Assembly (NCBI GenBank): GCA_030604085.1
Contig: JAUVWP010000002.1
Span: 1-46,154 of the forward strand
Reading direction: 5' to 3'
Length of the DNA: 46,154 nt
Source: Methanosarcinales archaeon
GTDB taxonomy: Archaea; Halobacteriota; Methanosarcinia; Methanosarcinales; Methanogasteraceae
Position numbers and translations under genes: made by a program. This document shows positions 36,233 through 46,154 of the stretch, in pieces (position 1 is the stretch's first letter; each line of letters opens with the position of its first letter). The notes below the pieces were generated by a model. That model ran no database searches and had not been told where the DNA came from. It worked only from the letters and a program-made list of their open reading frames with translations.

Positions 36233-36390
36233 CTCACCAGATTAATCGTAATATCCGGTCTCATAACGCCGAAGGCGTCGATGCGGGAGTATGAGTAATT
36301 CCCGCACCGCATTAACACCGAAGGTGTCGATGCTCGAGCTTGAAAGTGTTGACATCGCATTATAATGGTTGCCTGATGTGGGAAAGCGGC

Positions 36391-36975
36391 TTAACCCCGC
36401 TTCCCAAGATGCGCACCGATGCTCGGTCTTGTCTTCTCTGTACCCTTGCCGCGCCCTCGCTGTCCCTTCGACTTCCGCCCGGCACTGGTCAAGCCCCGCT
36501 CTGCCCTGCCCCGTATATTGCAGATCCAGTTGAGACGCGAATCGCTCTTGATCACAGGATGATGCGGATCGACCAGGATGACCTCGTACCATATATGTTT
36601 TCCATCCTCGCCAACCCAGTACGAGTTTAAAACTTCCATATTCACGTATTTCCTGCTCGTGCGCTCCTCTGCGATCAACTGCAAACTTTTCTTCGCAGTT
36701 ATCTTGCGCATCCCCATCCGTTTCGTCCTTCGTCCACGTATGTATCTCGGTTTGCGCCTACTGCCACGCCGCACCCTTGCACGTACTACAATAATACCTT
36801 CCTTCGCCTTATATCCAAGCGATCGTGCGCGATCGATGCGTGTCGGTCTCTCGACTCGGGTAACGCTATTATCTCTGCGCCATTCCTGCAGACGCTGTTG
36901 TCTGAGCTCGCGTACGTATGTCTTGTCCGGATTCTTCCATGCGTCTCTTACATATCTGTAAAACGATTTTGCCAT
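36391..36975 (-). CDS. rpl15e: 50S ribosomal protein L15e (eL15)
   Basis: [34 protein letters not shown]..., from the ATG at 36973-36975. Confidence 0.95.
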   Translation of the reverse strand: MAKSFYRYVRDAWKNPDKTYVRELRQQRLQEWRRDNSVTRVERPTRIDRARSLGYKAKEGIIVVRARVRRGSRRKPRYIRGRRTKRMGMRKITAKKSLQLIAEERTSRKYVNMEVLNSYWVGEDGKHIWYEVILVDPHHPVIKSDSRLNWICNIRGRAERGLTSAGRKSKGQRGRGKGTEKTRPSIGAHLGKRG

Positions 36976-37171
36976 TGATTTCACCTTTTCTGGTTCAACT
37001 GCTCTTATCACAGTCACATTCCAGCAATTTGGAGTTTAGTCTTATGGTGGGGTCACTATTAAATGTTGTCTGTCACTTCCATAACCCGGGTCACCGGATC
37101 ATGACGTCGGTTTTGGGTGGATCTTTGAAAGATGGGGAAAAGATTGCAAGCGGCATAAGCCGTGGCAGCCC

Positions 37172-39859
37172 CTATAGCTCCAGCGTCACATGCATCATTC
37201 CAGGCTCCTGCCCATGTTCTATCGCAAAACCGCGGCTTTCGCATAACCCGAGCATGTTTGAGTTATCAGAGAGCACCTCACCCCATATCCGCCGTAATCT
37301 GAAGTCTCTTGCGACCTCGATCACCATATCCAGCAGTTTCCCGCCGACCCCACGCCCCTGCCACTGGTCCGTGACCGCCTCCCCAAACTCAGCGGTCTCT
37401 TCAGCAGGCTCGGTGATCAGTCTTCCAACGCCGACCATCCGCGCCTCCCCATCCTCTTTTACAAACGCTGCAATCGCAATCTCACGGTCGTAGTCGATGT
37501 TGCAGAACCGCACAGCCATACTGTGGTCGAAGGACTGCGGTCCGAAGAACCGGTATCGCACAGTCTCCTTGGAGAATGAATTCACGAGATCGATCCAGAG
37601 CTTCTCATCCTCCGGGCGGATCACCCTGAGCACGATCTCAATCCCTTCCTTGTTGACCCACTTCTGCTGGTATTTCGTCGGGTACCTGCTGATGATGAGG
37701 TGCTTTCCTGGTGGTATCGCAGGACCGACCTTCTTTGGGTCGATGATGATGCGTGCATCGAGCGCAATGATCGATTTATCGTCCACGTAGATCGGGTTGA
37801 TATCCATCTCGACGATTTCAGGGAAGTCTATGAGCATGTACGATATTTTAACAAGCATCTCCTCGATAAAAAGGATGTTCGCAGGCGGTTTATCGCGGAA
37901 TCCCTTCAGGAGACTATGGATTTTTGTATCCTTGATCATTCGCCGTGCAAGAACCTGGTTCAGTGGCGGAAAGCCGAGTGTCAGATCCCTGAACAGTTCG
38001 ACAGCGGTTCCGCCCGCGCCAAAGAGGATCGCAGGACCGAATAAGGAATCGAACTTGGAGCCGATGATGATCTCGTAACCCTGATCCTCGTCGATCATCT
38101 TCTGGACTGTTGCGCCGGTGACCAGGGCATCGGGCTGGCTCGCTTTCGTATTCGCAACCACGCGTTCAAACGCGCTTGCCCCCTCCTCCGGCGTCGCCAC
38201 ATCGAGGATCACGCCGCCCACATCGGTCTTATGCGTCACATCAGGAGAGAGGATCTTCACAGCCACCGGAAATCCGATCTCGCTTGCGAGACTGGCGCAC
38301 TCCTCTGCGCTTTTCGCGACAAGCATCCTTGCGACCGGGATCTGGTACGCATCAAGCACGGCTTTTGCCTCAGTCTCGGTTAAGATGGTTCTCTTCTCGC
38401 CGGCAACCGATTTGAAGAGATTTTTCACCTCCTCCTGCCGCGGGGTGAACGTTCTCACGATGTCGCCGGGCGCCTCGTATAGGGATACGATGTTCTTGGT
38501 GTACTGGTACATCTGCAGGTAGACATCGACAGCCTGCTCAGGTATTTCAAAATTCGGGATGCCGTTTCGTTCGAGGATGTCTCTTCCGGACTCCACCGCG
38601 TCCGCACCCATCCACGATGCAAGAAGCGGCTTGTAATATGGCATATTCCCGCTGGCGACCTCTGAAACGAGTTTTGCAGCACCGTCAGGATCGGTCATCG
38701 CCTGCGGTGTCAGAAGCACAATGATGCCATCGACATTCTTATCCTGAAGTAGATACGTAACCGCGTCCCGGTAGCGCTCAGGCGTTGCATCACCAAGGAC
38801 GTCAACAGGGTTCTCGCGGCTCCAGAACGGAGGAAGCACCTTATCCAGAGCTTCCACAGTCTCATCAGAGAGTTCTGCGATAACGCCGCCTTTATCGATC
38901 AGCCGGTCTGCCGCAAGAACTCCAGGACCGCCTGCGTTCGTGATGATGGCAAGACGCGGTCCATGCGGTCTCGTTTGGACTGCAAGTGCTGCCGAGCAGT
39001 CGAAGAGGTCCTCGATCTCAAGCACCCTTATTGCGCCAGCACGCTTAAATGCGGCATCGTAGAAGTTGTCATCGCCGGCAAGGGCGCCTGTGTGCGAGGC
39101 GGCTGCTTTTGCGGATCTTGCGAACCTGCCTGACTTGACAACGATGATCGGTTTATTCTTTGCAAAGTGCCTTGCCGCACTCATAAACTCGCGCACGTCT
39201 TTGAGGGACTCGATGTAGAGCATGATGCTGCCTGTTGCCGGATCCATCCCGAAGTAGTCGATCAGGTCGCCAAAGTCAACATCCAGCATCGAGCCGATTG
39301 ATACGAACGCGCTAAACCCGATATGCCTGTGAGCGCACATATCGAGCACTGCCGTGCAGAGCGCACCGCTCTGGGATATGAATGCGACGCTTCCGTGCTC
39401 AGGCATCAGATGTGCGAAACTTGCGTTTAAGGAAAAGCGCGGCATGATGATTCCGAGACAGTTCGGTCCTATGATCCGGATGCCGTACCTTCTTGCGATT
39501 TTACCGATCCGTTCCTCAAGTTTCCTGCCCTCTTTCCCGATCTCCTTAAATCCCGCCGAGATTATGATGACGCCGCCGACCCCTGCAACTCCGCACTCCT
39601 CCAGAATATCGGGTACATGCGTCGCAGGGACCGCAATGATCGCAAGATCGATGCGTGCCGGAATCTGTGAGATGCTGCCGTACGCGTGTATCCCCTGAAC
39701 GCTCGAGCGTCTGTTGTTAACAGGATACACAACGCCCTCGTAGCCCACGCCGATCAGGTTGTGCAGCAGCATGTAACCGACAGAGCCCTTCGTGTTACTT
39801 GCCCCGATCACTGCGATGCTCTTTGGTTTGAATATCTTGTCGAGACCTTTAACGCTCAT
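37172..39859 (-). CDS. ADP-forming acyl/acetyl-CoA synthetase (alpha+beta) fused to a C-terminal GNAT acetyltransferase (Pat-like)
   Basis: 895 aa. It has a CoA-binding N-terminus (KSIAVIGASNTKGSVG), a phosphohistidine-type segment (AASHTGALAG), an ATP-grasp region and a C-terminal GNAT with QWQGRGVGGKLL. Confidence 0.9.
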   Translation of the reverse strand: MSVKGLDKIFKPKSIAVIGASNTKGSVGYMLLHNLIGVGYEGVVYPVNNRRSSVQGIHAYGSISQIPARIDLAIIAVPATHVPDILEECGVAGVGGVIIISAGFKEIGKEGRKLEERIGKIARRYGIRIIGPNCLGIIMPRFSLNASFAHLMPEHGSVAFISQSGALCTAVLDMCAHRHIGFSAFVSIGSMLDVDFGDLIDYFGMDPATGSIMLYIESLKDVREFMSAARHFAKNKPIIVVKSGRFARSAKAAASHTGALAGDDNFYDAAFKRAGAIRVLEIEDLFDCSAALAVQTRPHGPRLAIITNAGGPGVLAADRLIDKGGVIAELSDETVEALDKVLPPFWSRENPVDVLGDATPERYRDAVTYLLQDKNVDGIIVLLTPQAMTDPDGAAKLVSEVASGNMPYYKPLLASWMGADAVESGRDILERNGIPNFEIPEQAVDVYLQMYQYTKNIVSLYEAPGDIVRTFTPRQEEVKNLFKSVAGEKRTILTETEAKAVLDAYQIPVARMLVAKSAEECASLASEIGFPVAVKILSPDVTHKTDVGGVILDVATPEEGASAFERVVANTKASQPDALVTGATVQKMIDEDQGYEIIIGSKFDSLFGPAILFGAGGTAVELFRDLTLGFPPLNQVLARRMIKDTKIHSLLKGFRDKPPANILFIEEMLVKISYMLIDFPEIVEMDINPIYVDDKSIIALDARIIIDPKKVGPAIPPGKHLIISRYPTKYQQKWVNKEGIEIVLRVIRPEDEKLWIDLVNSFSKETVRYRFFGPQSFDHSMAVRFCNIDYDREIAIAAFVKEDGEARMVGVGRLITEPAEETAEFGEAVTDQWQGRGVGGKLLDMVIEVARDFRLRRIWGEVLSDNSNMLGLCESRGFAIEHGQEPGMMHVTLEL

Positions 39860-40212
39860 CTGATCGCCCCCGTGTTGGTGTTGATTGTTATGGGGCGGTT
39901 CTACTTAAGATGTTTCGATGTTTCCGATTTTAGGCTTCTCGAAAGTCATGGATGAATCGGCTAAGAACCGATCCGAAAAGCCATGCAGCCCTGAACGTCA
40001 CTCTGAACAGCACGAACGGAAAAAATTGAGAGATATATAGCATAAGGATATCCTATATACTTATTAAGGTAAAGTATATGTGTGCCGATCGCCTACGTGG
40101 TGGTGGCGATATCGAAAATGCAGAAACGAACCGTTACACCCCAGAGGATGGTGATTGGCAATTCATCTTAACTCGATTTCGCGCGTGTGCCGCTTACTTG
40201 TAAAATAACTGT

Positions 40213-41103
40213 GTGGATATGAGAATGAAAACCAGCGAGAGAATCATCGAACTCCTTCTCTTCCTCTCGGCAGCGACCGCGGTCACGATCGTTGCGTTGA
40301 TAATTATCTTTCTCTTAAAAGAAGGGCTTCCGGTACTCGTAAAAGTGGGGATCATCGATTTCTGTCTCGGAATGAAATGGAATCCCATCGCGATAGCAGG
40401 AGAACCGTCGTACGGGATTTTCCCGATGATTGTGGCATCGTTCTATGTTGCGATAGGGTCGCTTATCATAGCAGTGCCGCTTGGGCTTGCGTGTGCGGTC
40501 TTTCTTGCCGAGATTGCGCCGTCGTGGGCAAGGTCGATACTCAAACATGCAATCGAACTATTGGTCGGCATCCCATCCGTGATTCTCGGGTTCGTAGGGC
40601 TTGTGCTGCTGGTTCCGTTCATCAGGGACCATTTCGGGGGCTGGGGATTCTCTATTCTCGCAGGATCGATCATACTTGCGATAATGGCGCTTCCGCGTAT
40701 CATCAGCATCTCGGATGATGCGATCAGGTCTGTTCCGCGTGAGTACAAGGAAGCATCGCTTGCTCTTGGTGCAACGCACTGGCACACGATCAGAAAGGTG
40801 ATCCTACCAAGCGCACGATCAGGGATCGTTGCAGCAGTCATACTCGCAATGGCTACTTCCATCGGCGAGACGATGGCTGTCTTGATGGTTGTTGGCAATA
40901 CCCCGATACTCCCGGCTCCGATCTATGATATTCTCGATCCGGTCAGACCGATGACCTCGAATATCGTGCTTGAGATGAGTTATGCGACAGGAGATCACGC
41001 AAGTGCGCTATTTGCGACAGGAATCGTGCTCTTCATCGTTGTTGCTGTATTGAATGTGATATCGCACAGGGCACTGAAATCAAAGATGGGGACCAGACGA
41101 TGA
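40213..41103 (+). CDS. pstC: phosphate ABC transporter permease PstC
   Basis: Six-TM permease with an EAA loop (SVPREYKEASLALGATHWHTIRKVILP). The start is ambiguous among the GTG at 40213 and the ATGs at 40219 and 40225. Confidence 0.9.
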   Translation: MDMRMKTSERIIELLLFLSAATAVTIVALIIIFLLKEGLPVLVKVGIIDFCLGMKWNPIAIAGEPSYGIFPMIVASFYVAIGSLIIAVPLGLACAVFLAEIAPSWARSILKHAIELLVGIPSVILGFVGLVLLVPFIRDHFGGWGFSILAGSIILAIMALPRIISISDDAIRSVPREYKEASLALGATHWHTIRKVILPSARSGIVAAVILAMATSIGETMAVLMVVGNTPILPAPIYDILDPVRPMTSNIVLEMSYATGDHASALFATGIVLFIVVAVLNVISHRALKSKMGTRR

Positions 41104-41948
41104 CCCCATTAATCTCACCGTCAACATCAAACAGGGCCGCAAAGGTGATGCTGTGGGTCTCCGCATCCATATCCATACTGACACTCTTGTTTATTCTCGG
41201 TTATATCGTGGTTCAGGGGCTTTCTGTATTAACGCTCTCGTTCCTGCTCGAATCACCGAGGTTAAGCGGAGCAGAAGGCGGCATCCTCCCAGCGATCGTG
41301 GGAACGTTCTGCCTCATGCTGGTGACGCTACTTTCCGCGGTCCCTATCGGCATCGGCGCTGCGATATATCTCGCAGAGTACGCGCATGAAGGTGCGGTGA
41401 CCCGCATCATCTCATTCGGTGTCGAGTGTCTGGCAGGTATCCCCTCGATCGTGATCGGGCTCTTCGGATACGCATTCCTTGCGATATACCTCGGATTCGG
41501 TTTCTCGATCCTCTCAGGTGGGCTTGCACTCATGTTCATGATACTGCCGTGGATCGTCAGGGTCTCAGAGGAGTCGCTCAAAGCAGTGCCGGGCGGTCTT
41601 CGTGAGGCAAGTTTTGCGCTCGGCGCAACGAAGTGGCAGACCGTGAGCAGGGTGGTGCTTCCGACTGCGATTCCCGGCATCACGACAGGGGTCATACTCG
41701 GGATCGGAAAAGCGATCGGGGAGACTGCGGTCATCATGTTTACAGCCGGGTCATCGCTTCTGATGCCGACCTCCCTTTTCGATCCGGTGCGTGCGCTGCC
41801 GTATCACCTCTATATCCTTGCATCAGAGGGTATCTCTGATAAAATGGCTTATGGCAGTTCGGTTGTGCTGCTTGTGATGGTACTTGTGATCAATCTTGCA
41901 GCGGTTGCGATCCAGCGGCATTACGGGAGGCATCATGTCAGAAATTGA
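41100..41948 (+). CDS. pstA: phosphate ABC transporter permease PstA
   Basis: EAA loop ([27 protein letters not shown]). Overlaps the pstC stop (ATGA). Confidence 0.9.
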   Translation: MTPLISPSTSNRAAKVMLWVSASISILTLLFILGYIVVQGLSVLTLSFLLESPRLSGAEGGILPAIVGTFCLMLVTLLSAVPIGIGAAIYLAEYAHEGAVTRIISFGVECLAGIPSIVIGLFGYAFLAIYLGFGFSILSGGLALMFMILPWIVRVSEESLKAVPGGLREASFALGATKWQTVSRVVLPTAIPGITTGVILGIGKAIGETAVIMFTAGSSLLMPTSLFDPVRALPYHLYILASEGISDKMAYGSSVVLLVMVLVINLAAVAIQRHYGRHHVRN

Positions 41949-42693
41949 GATCGAAAGCAGAAACCTGGATTTATGGTATGGCAGCGCGCAGGCGCTAAAG
42001 GCGATAACGATGGCGATGCCTGAAAAGAAGGTGACCGCGATAATCGGACCATCCGGGTGCGGCAAGTCCACGTTCATCAGATGCATCAACCGGATGAACG
42101 ATCTGGTCAAGGACTGCCGCATCACAGGCGAACTGCTCTTCGAGGGCACGAACATCTACGGCAACAGCGTGGACGCGGTCGAACTCCGGAAGAAGATCGG
42201 GATGGTCTTCCAGAAGCCAAATCCGTTTCCGATGTCGATCTACGACAACGTCGCTTACGGACCCCGCGTGCATGGTCTCCGGAACAGAGAGGAACTTGAC
42301 CGGATCGTCGAAGAGAGTTTGAAGGCATCTGCGCTCTGGAACGAAGTTGGAGATATTCTGGATCGGTCTGCGATCGATTTAAGCGGCGGGCAGCAGCAGC
42401 GGCTCTGCATCGCCAGAACGCTTGCAGTGAAGCCCAAAGTCATACTGTTCGATGAGCCGTGCAGCGCGCTCGACCCGATCTCGACTGCGAAGATCGAGGA
42501 TCTAATCAACACGCTAAAGCACGATTACACGATCGTTATAGTGACTCATAACATGCAGCAGGCTGCCCGGGTGTCGGATCACACTGCGTTCTTTTTGCTT
42601 GGCGAGCTCGTAGAGTTCGGGAAGACGAAGCAGATCTTCGAGCTTCCTGAGAAGAAGAGTACAGAGGATTACACAACCGGAAGGTTCGGGTGA
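41935..42693 (+). CDS. pstB: phosphate ABC transporter ATP-binding protein PstB
   Basis: Walker [10 protein letters not shown], signature LSGGQQQR and Walker B ILFDEP are present. The ATG at 41935 ([16 protein letters not shown]) is preferred. Confidence 0.95.
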   Translation: MSEIEIESRNLDLWYGSAQALKAITMAMPEKKVTAIIGPSGCGKSTFIRCINRMNDLVKDCRITGELLFEGTNIYGNSVDAVELRKKIGMVFQKPNPFPMSIYDNVAYGPRVHGLRNREELDRIVEESLKASALWNEVGDILDRSAIDLSGGQQQRLCIARTLAVKPKVILFDEPCSALDPISTAKIEDLINTLKHDYTIVIVTHNMQQAARVSDHTAFFLLGELVEFGKTKQIFELPEKKSTEDYTTGRFG

Positions 42694-42839
42694 ATGGGGG
42701 TAGATATGCGATCCTGTGCTTTCTGGTAAAATATATGGTTACCGGACCGAACATGAGTTTTTTGGGCAGGAGTTCACCACAGTCGTTGTATATAACGAAG
42801 CATCGTAAAAAAAGTAGAAAATGAGCTCTATAAGCCCGC

Positions 42840-43766
42840 TCATACCTGCGCTGGTGCTGGTGCTTGTGCTGGAATGCCTGCCGCAAGCGTCTCCCTGTCG
42901 AGATATAGGCGCGTCCACCAGACCGTGATAAGCGGCATGAGAATACAGATATTGATCAATGTGACAACGAACTGCCAGATCACGGTCGTAACCGGATGCA
43001 TAAAAAATATCTGCCCGACTGTGAAGATAAGCATAGATATCGCAAACATCACGAGCCACATCAGGAAAACATCAAGTTTATGGCTCGAAAAGAACTTCCA
43101 CCCCCTCTCGATGCCTTCGATCGGACCTTTGTTATCGATGACGAGTGCGTATGTGACCGGCGCCAGCCCGATCGAGAGGACGATCGCATATCCTATCCAT
43201 AAAATAATTCCGATGGCAAAGGCAGCTATAGCCACTTCGCTGCTATCTGGCGCATCGAGCAGCAGGATGCCAGGCACCAGAAATACGATTCCGGCAAGAA
43301 ATATGAGCGCGATCACGATATTGGCAAGAAACAGGCTGACTGTGTTCCGCCTCCCGTACCAGAAGAGATCATTCATCCGTGTGGCGCCAGTCATGGTTGC
43401 GTTCTTTGCCATACCGACCGCCCCAACCTCAAAGAACGTGCGGATCAGTGCGCTCCCGATCCCTAAGATGATGAGTGCGACAACGAAGACTCCGGTGAAC
43501 GGCACTGCCAACTGATAGACCTCGACCATCGCTTCGGCAGCCTCGATCGAGGGCTCTCCTGTGTTCTGTGACGCCTGCATGATCTCTGATATCCCGGATC
43601 CGATCGCCATGAACAGGTCGGTGCCGATGACCGCCACAAGTCCTGCAAGCACGATCATGAAAAATAAAAACCTGACAAAGGTATCAAGAACAAAAGGAGC
43701 ACATAAAATCGGGTTTTGCTTCCAGGTGTATGCGCCGTTTCTCAGTACCTCGCCTATCCGTTCCAT
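42840..43766 (-). CDS. polytopic membrane protein, unknown function
   Basis: 308 aa with about 7-8 hydrophobic segments and a short Ala/Pro-rich C-terminal tail. Overlaps the upstream DUF555 gene by 13 nt. Confidence 0.7.
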   Translation of the reverse strand: MERIGEVLRNGAYTWKQNPILCAPFVLDTFVRFLFFMIVLAGLVAVIGTDLFMAIGSGISEIMQASQNTGEPSIEAAEAMVEVYQLAVPFTGVFVVALIILGIGSALIRTFFEVGAVGMAKNATMTGATRMNDLFWYGRRNTVSLFLANIVIALIFLAGIVFLVPGILLLDAPDSSEVAIAAFAIGIILWIGYAIVLSIGLAPVTYALVIDNKGPIEGIERGWKFFSSHKLDVFLMWLVMFAISMLIFTVGQIFFMHPVTTVIWQFVVTLINICILMPLITVWWTRLYLDRETLAAGIPAQAPAPAQV

Positions 43767-44095
43767 TCCACAACCTCGATCACGCGCAGGGGCACGCGCT
43801 TTAGTGCACGCCCGATCATCGATTTGGCGATCCGTGCCGCATGTTCCTCGCTTTCCGCATCAAAGACTTTCATCGAGAGTACCAGCCCAACGAGTCCGGT
43901 ACCTGCGACCAGCACCGCTGCATCCGCCTCTTCGCCGCAGTTCGGGCACACGATCGATCCGACCTCGATGTCCACGAAACTGAGTTTCGGGTGAAATCGC
44001 TTGCCCGTCTCCGAGATCGCAACACCGATAGCATCGTCTACAGTCTTTACGTCCCGCACCGTCCATGCCGCTTCCATCGTCACGCTGTAATTCAT
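43754..44095 (-). CDS. UPF0212/DUF555 family protein (archaea-specific, CxxC zinc knuckle)
   Basis: [34 protein letters not shown]...VCPNCGEE...[24 protein letters not shown] matches the DUF555 pattern. Confidence 0.8.
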   Translation of the reverse strand: MNYSVTMEAAWTVRDVKTVDDAIGVAISETGKRFHPKLSFVDIEVGSIVCPNCGEEADAAVLVAGTGLVGLVLSMKVFDAESEEHAARIAKSMIGRALKRVPLRVIEVVEWNG

Positions 44096-44367
44096 TGTTT
44101 CATCTCACAAAAAACGCCCAGCCGAATGCCTGCATCGATAAATGCATGTCCGTAACTGAAAGCGACCAGCGCATTGACCCGGTCGCCCCCATCGAGGAAA
44201 TGGACGCCATCATTGTAATAGGACTCCGCCATTAATAAATAATCTTCTGCGACGGCGTGGAGGTGCGACGATCTATCAGGCACGATGCTCGTTTTTGAGA
44301 GCGCGTCAGCAAGCAGCCGTCTGTACCGATCTGACTTTTCTGTGAGGTGGTCTTGTGGTTGGGGCAT
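44092..44367 (-). CDS. DUF357 family protein (archaea-specific)
   Basis: 91-aa helical protein ([10 protein letters not shown]...[40 protein letters not shown]). ATGA overlap with the downstream gene. Confidence 0.75.
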   Translation of the reverse strand: MPQPQDHLTEKSDRYRRLLADALSKTSIVPDRSSHLHAVAEDYLLMAESYYNDGVHFLDGGDRVNALVAFSYGHAFIDAGIRLGVFCEMKQ

Positions 44368-44563
44368 TATTGTGCTCGATATGGAATTCAGGGTTTTCTA
44401 TCTCTTGCGCTCGTCTGTAATCTACCTTTGCAAGCCAGACTGGACGATCCTGAACATGTTCGATATTGATCCTGAACAATAATTTTGGTATTTGCACAAT
44501 CTGTGCGGCAGTACTTGCCATCAGGTGACTGTGATTTCAGTTGTACCCGGACCCGGGGACAAC

Positions 44564-46154
44564 TCAAACCAATTCTATCGTGCCGGCTGCGGCTTGCAGG
44601 ATCATGAGAGCGTCGAGCGAGATGACGCATCCGTCGCCGCTGACATCGGCTGTGTCGTCGTGTGCGCCGCTGGCTGCGATCCGGAGCGCGATCGCGGCGT
44701 CCGCGGGGGTGATCTGGTTGTCGCCGTTGAGGTCGCCTTTCTGTGGCGTGTCGGCAGTCCATGGGTGCATGAGCGGGTATCGATCCACACTGCTGCCGCC
44801 GGGGATCGGGTACGGGGTGTCGATGATGCCATCATTGCCGGACTGGTTCTGACCCGGTCCCTTGAAATCATCGGCGCCGTCATGATCGCTCCAGTAGTTC
44901 CCGGCGGAGGGGTAGCCGTTGTCCCATGAATTAGAATTGCCATCATCGTTAGCGTTGTAATTGGCATTCTCGATGAAATTATTATGGAAGATCAGGTTAT
45001 CCGACGAAGAATACAAACGCATTCCATAGCCGTTTTTCACGACGCTATTGCCGGCAACGGCTGAATTCGTTGCTCCGGTCAGATAAATACCGTACCGCCC
45101 ACTATCCTCGACCAGGTTGTTCTCTATATCCATCACTCCGCCCGAACCAGCTATGTAGACATATATCCCATCACTGGAAATGCCCGCGTTGTTATCGACT
45201 TTGTTGCTCCTGATGGTGGCACTCTTTCCTTCGGTAAGATCGATCCGTAACCCGGAACCGACATTATTGGTAATGGTGGTGTCTTCCACAATAGCATCAC
45301 CAATGGCGCGATTTCCGCCATATACTATACCACCCCAATCATTTCCATCGATTGTACTATCTCGAATCGCGAAACCTTTTCCAGAATATAAGTAAATGCC
45401 ATAATTACCACTGTCGGTAACCGTGACGTTCTCGATGGTCATGTCTGATGCATCAGCACGAATCCCAGACCCTCCTGACGAACCCTGGACAGTAAAGTTT
45501 GCGATAGTTGAGCCACTATCGACTCCTCTGAGGTAAATCCCACGTCTACCACTCCTCGTGACCGGATTATTCTCTATGGTCATTAGTCCACCTGTGCCGG
45601 CGATGTTAACATAAATCCCGTCACTGGAACCGCCAGCACTGTTATCGATTTTGTTGTTTTTGACAGTGGCACTCTGTCCTTCAGCAAGACTGATGCGCAC
45701 TCCAGAACCGACATTATTGGTGATGATGTTATCTTCTACAATAGCATCACCAGAAGCTGCATAGTAGTATATTATTCCACCAGCATTTCCATCGATCGTG
45801 CTATCTCTAATCGTGAAACCCTTTCCATGAACAAAGTAAATGCCATTGCCCCCGCTGTTGGTGACTGTGACATTCTCGATTTCCAAATCTGAATAATCAG
45901 CACGAAGTCCATGTGAACCGGAATCGTGAACCGTGAAGTTCGCAACAGTGGAGCCAGTCCTAACACCTCTAAGATAAATTCCGCGCTGTCCGCTTTCTGT
46001 GACCGGATTATTCTCTATGGTCATTAGCCCACCTGTGCCGGCGATGTTAACATAAATCCCGTCACTGGAACCGCCAGCACTGTTATCGATTTTGTTGTTT
46101 TTGACAGTGGCACTCTGTCCTTCAGCAAGACTGATGCGCACTCCAGAACCGACA
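44564..46154 (-). CDS. secreted right-handed beta-helix (PbH1/NosD-like) repeat protein with a C-terminal dockerin; 5' end outside the window
   Basis: Repeated units (GIYL..., NNxVxxSG...). NYWSDH...D..PL helix-cap region. Dockerin-like duplicated Ca-binding segments (GDLNGDNQITPADAAIALRIAA...ADVSGDGCVISLDALMILQAAAG). The ORF runs off the window end. Confidence 0.85.
   Translation of the reverse strand, partial: VGSGVRISLAEGQSATVKNNKIDNSAGGSSDGIYVNIAGTGGLMTIENNPVTESGQRGIYLRGVRTGSTVANFTVHDSGSHGLRADYSDLEIENVTVTNSGGNGIYFVHGKGFTIRDSTIDGNAGGIIYYYAASGDAIVEDNIITNNVGSGVRISLAEGQSATVKNNKIDNSAGGSSDGIYVNIAGTGGLMTIENNPVTRSGRRGIYLRGVDSGSTIANFTVQGSSGGSGIRADASDMTIENVTVTDSGNYGIYLYSGKGFAIRDSTIDGNDWGGIVYGGNRAIGDAIVEDTTITNNVGSGLRIDLTEGKSATIRSNKVDNNAGISSDGIYVYIAGSGGVMDIENNLVEDSGRYGIYLTGATNSAVAGNSVVKNGYGMRLYSSSDNLIFHNNFIENANYNANDDGNSNSWDNGYPSAGNYWSDHDGADDFKGPGQNQSGNDGIIDTPYPIPGGSSVDRYPLMHPWTADTPQKGDLNGDNQITPADAAIALRIAASGAHDDTADVSGDGCVISLDALMILQAAAGTIELV

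Overview
The window is an archaeal chromosomal segment from a methanogen. Lineage markers are chromatin protein MC1, methenyl-H4MPT cyclohydrolase (Mch), CdhD, aCPSF1 and archaeal ribosomal and RNA polymerase genes, which together look Methanosarcinales/Methanotrichales-like. It is mostly densely packed housekeeping genes: rpoA1/rpoA2, rpl3/rpl4, rps13/rps4/rps11, rpl15e, psmB, pyk, tgtA, mch, pstCAB, two tRNAs and cofactor/salvage enzymes. I see no rRNA, CRISPR array, transposase or integrase.

The parts worth a second look are:
1. An AT-rich two-gene islet (about 5990-6935) between cdhD and moeA. It encodes a LITAF-like zinc-ribbon membrane protein and a 179-aa protein with a HEPN-type RNRIAH (Rx4H) motif. 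This is my best candidate for an undescribed toxin or defence module.
2. A second AT-rich insertion (10105-11558) that splits a phosphorylase-deaminase operon. It is flanked by about 149-bp diverged direct copies of the deaminase 5' end. It also carries a copy of the promoter and first codons of the gene at 8651, joined to a 57-codon ORF that ends in an ATGA overlap with the deaminase start.
3. Single in-frame TGA codons that interrupt ribosomal protein S4 and a secreted glycoprotein-like ORF.
4. Several structured or repeated non-coding elements. These are a MITE-like 160-bp inverted repeat, 9-bp phased repeat arrays, a dispersed 40-nt motif, and tandem hairpins with a compensatory base-pair change.
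5. A Pat-like ADP-forming acyl-CoA synthetase-GNAT fusion, and a beta-helix/dockerin protein built from 441-bp repeats.
6. Three canonical archaeal operons that are truncated at non-canonical neighbours.

All functional calls come from reading the translated ORFs and recalling family motifs. No database search was run.
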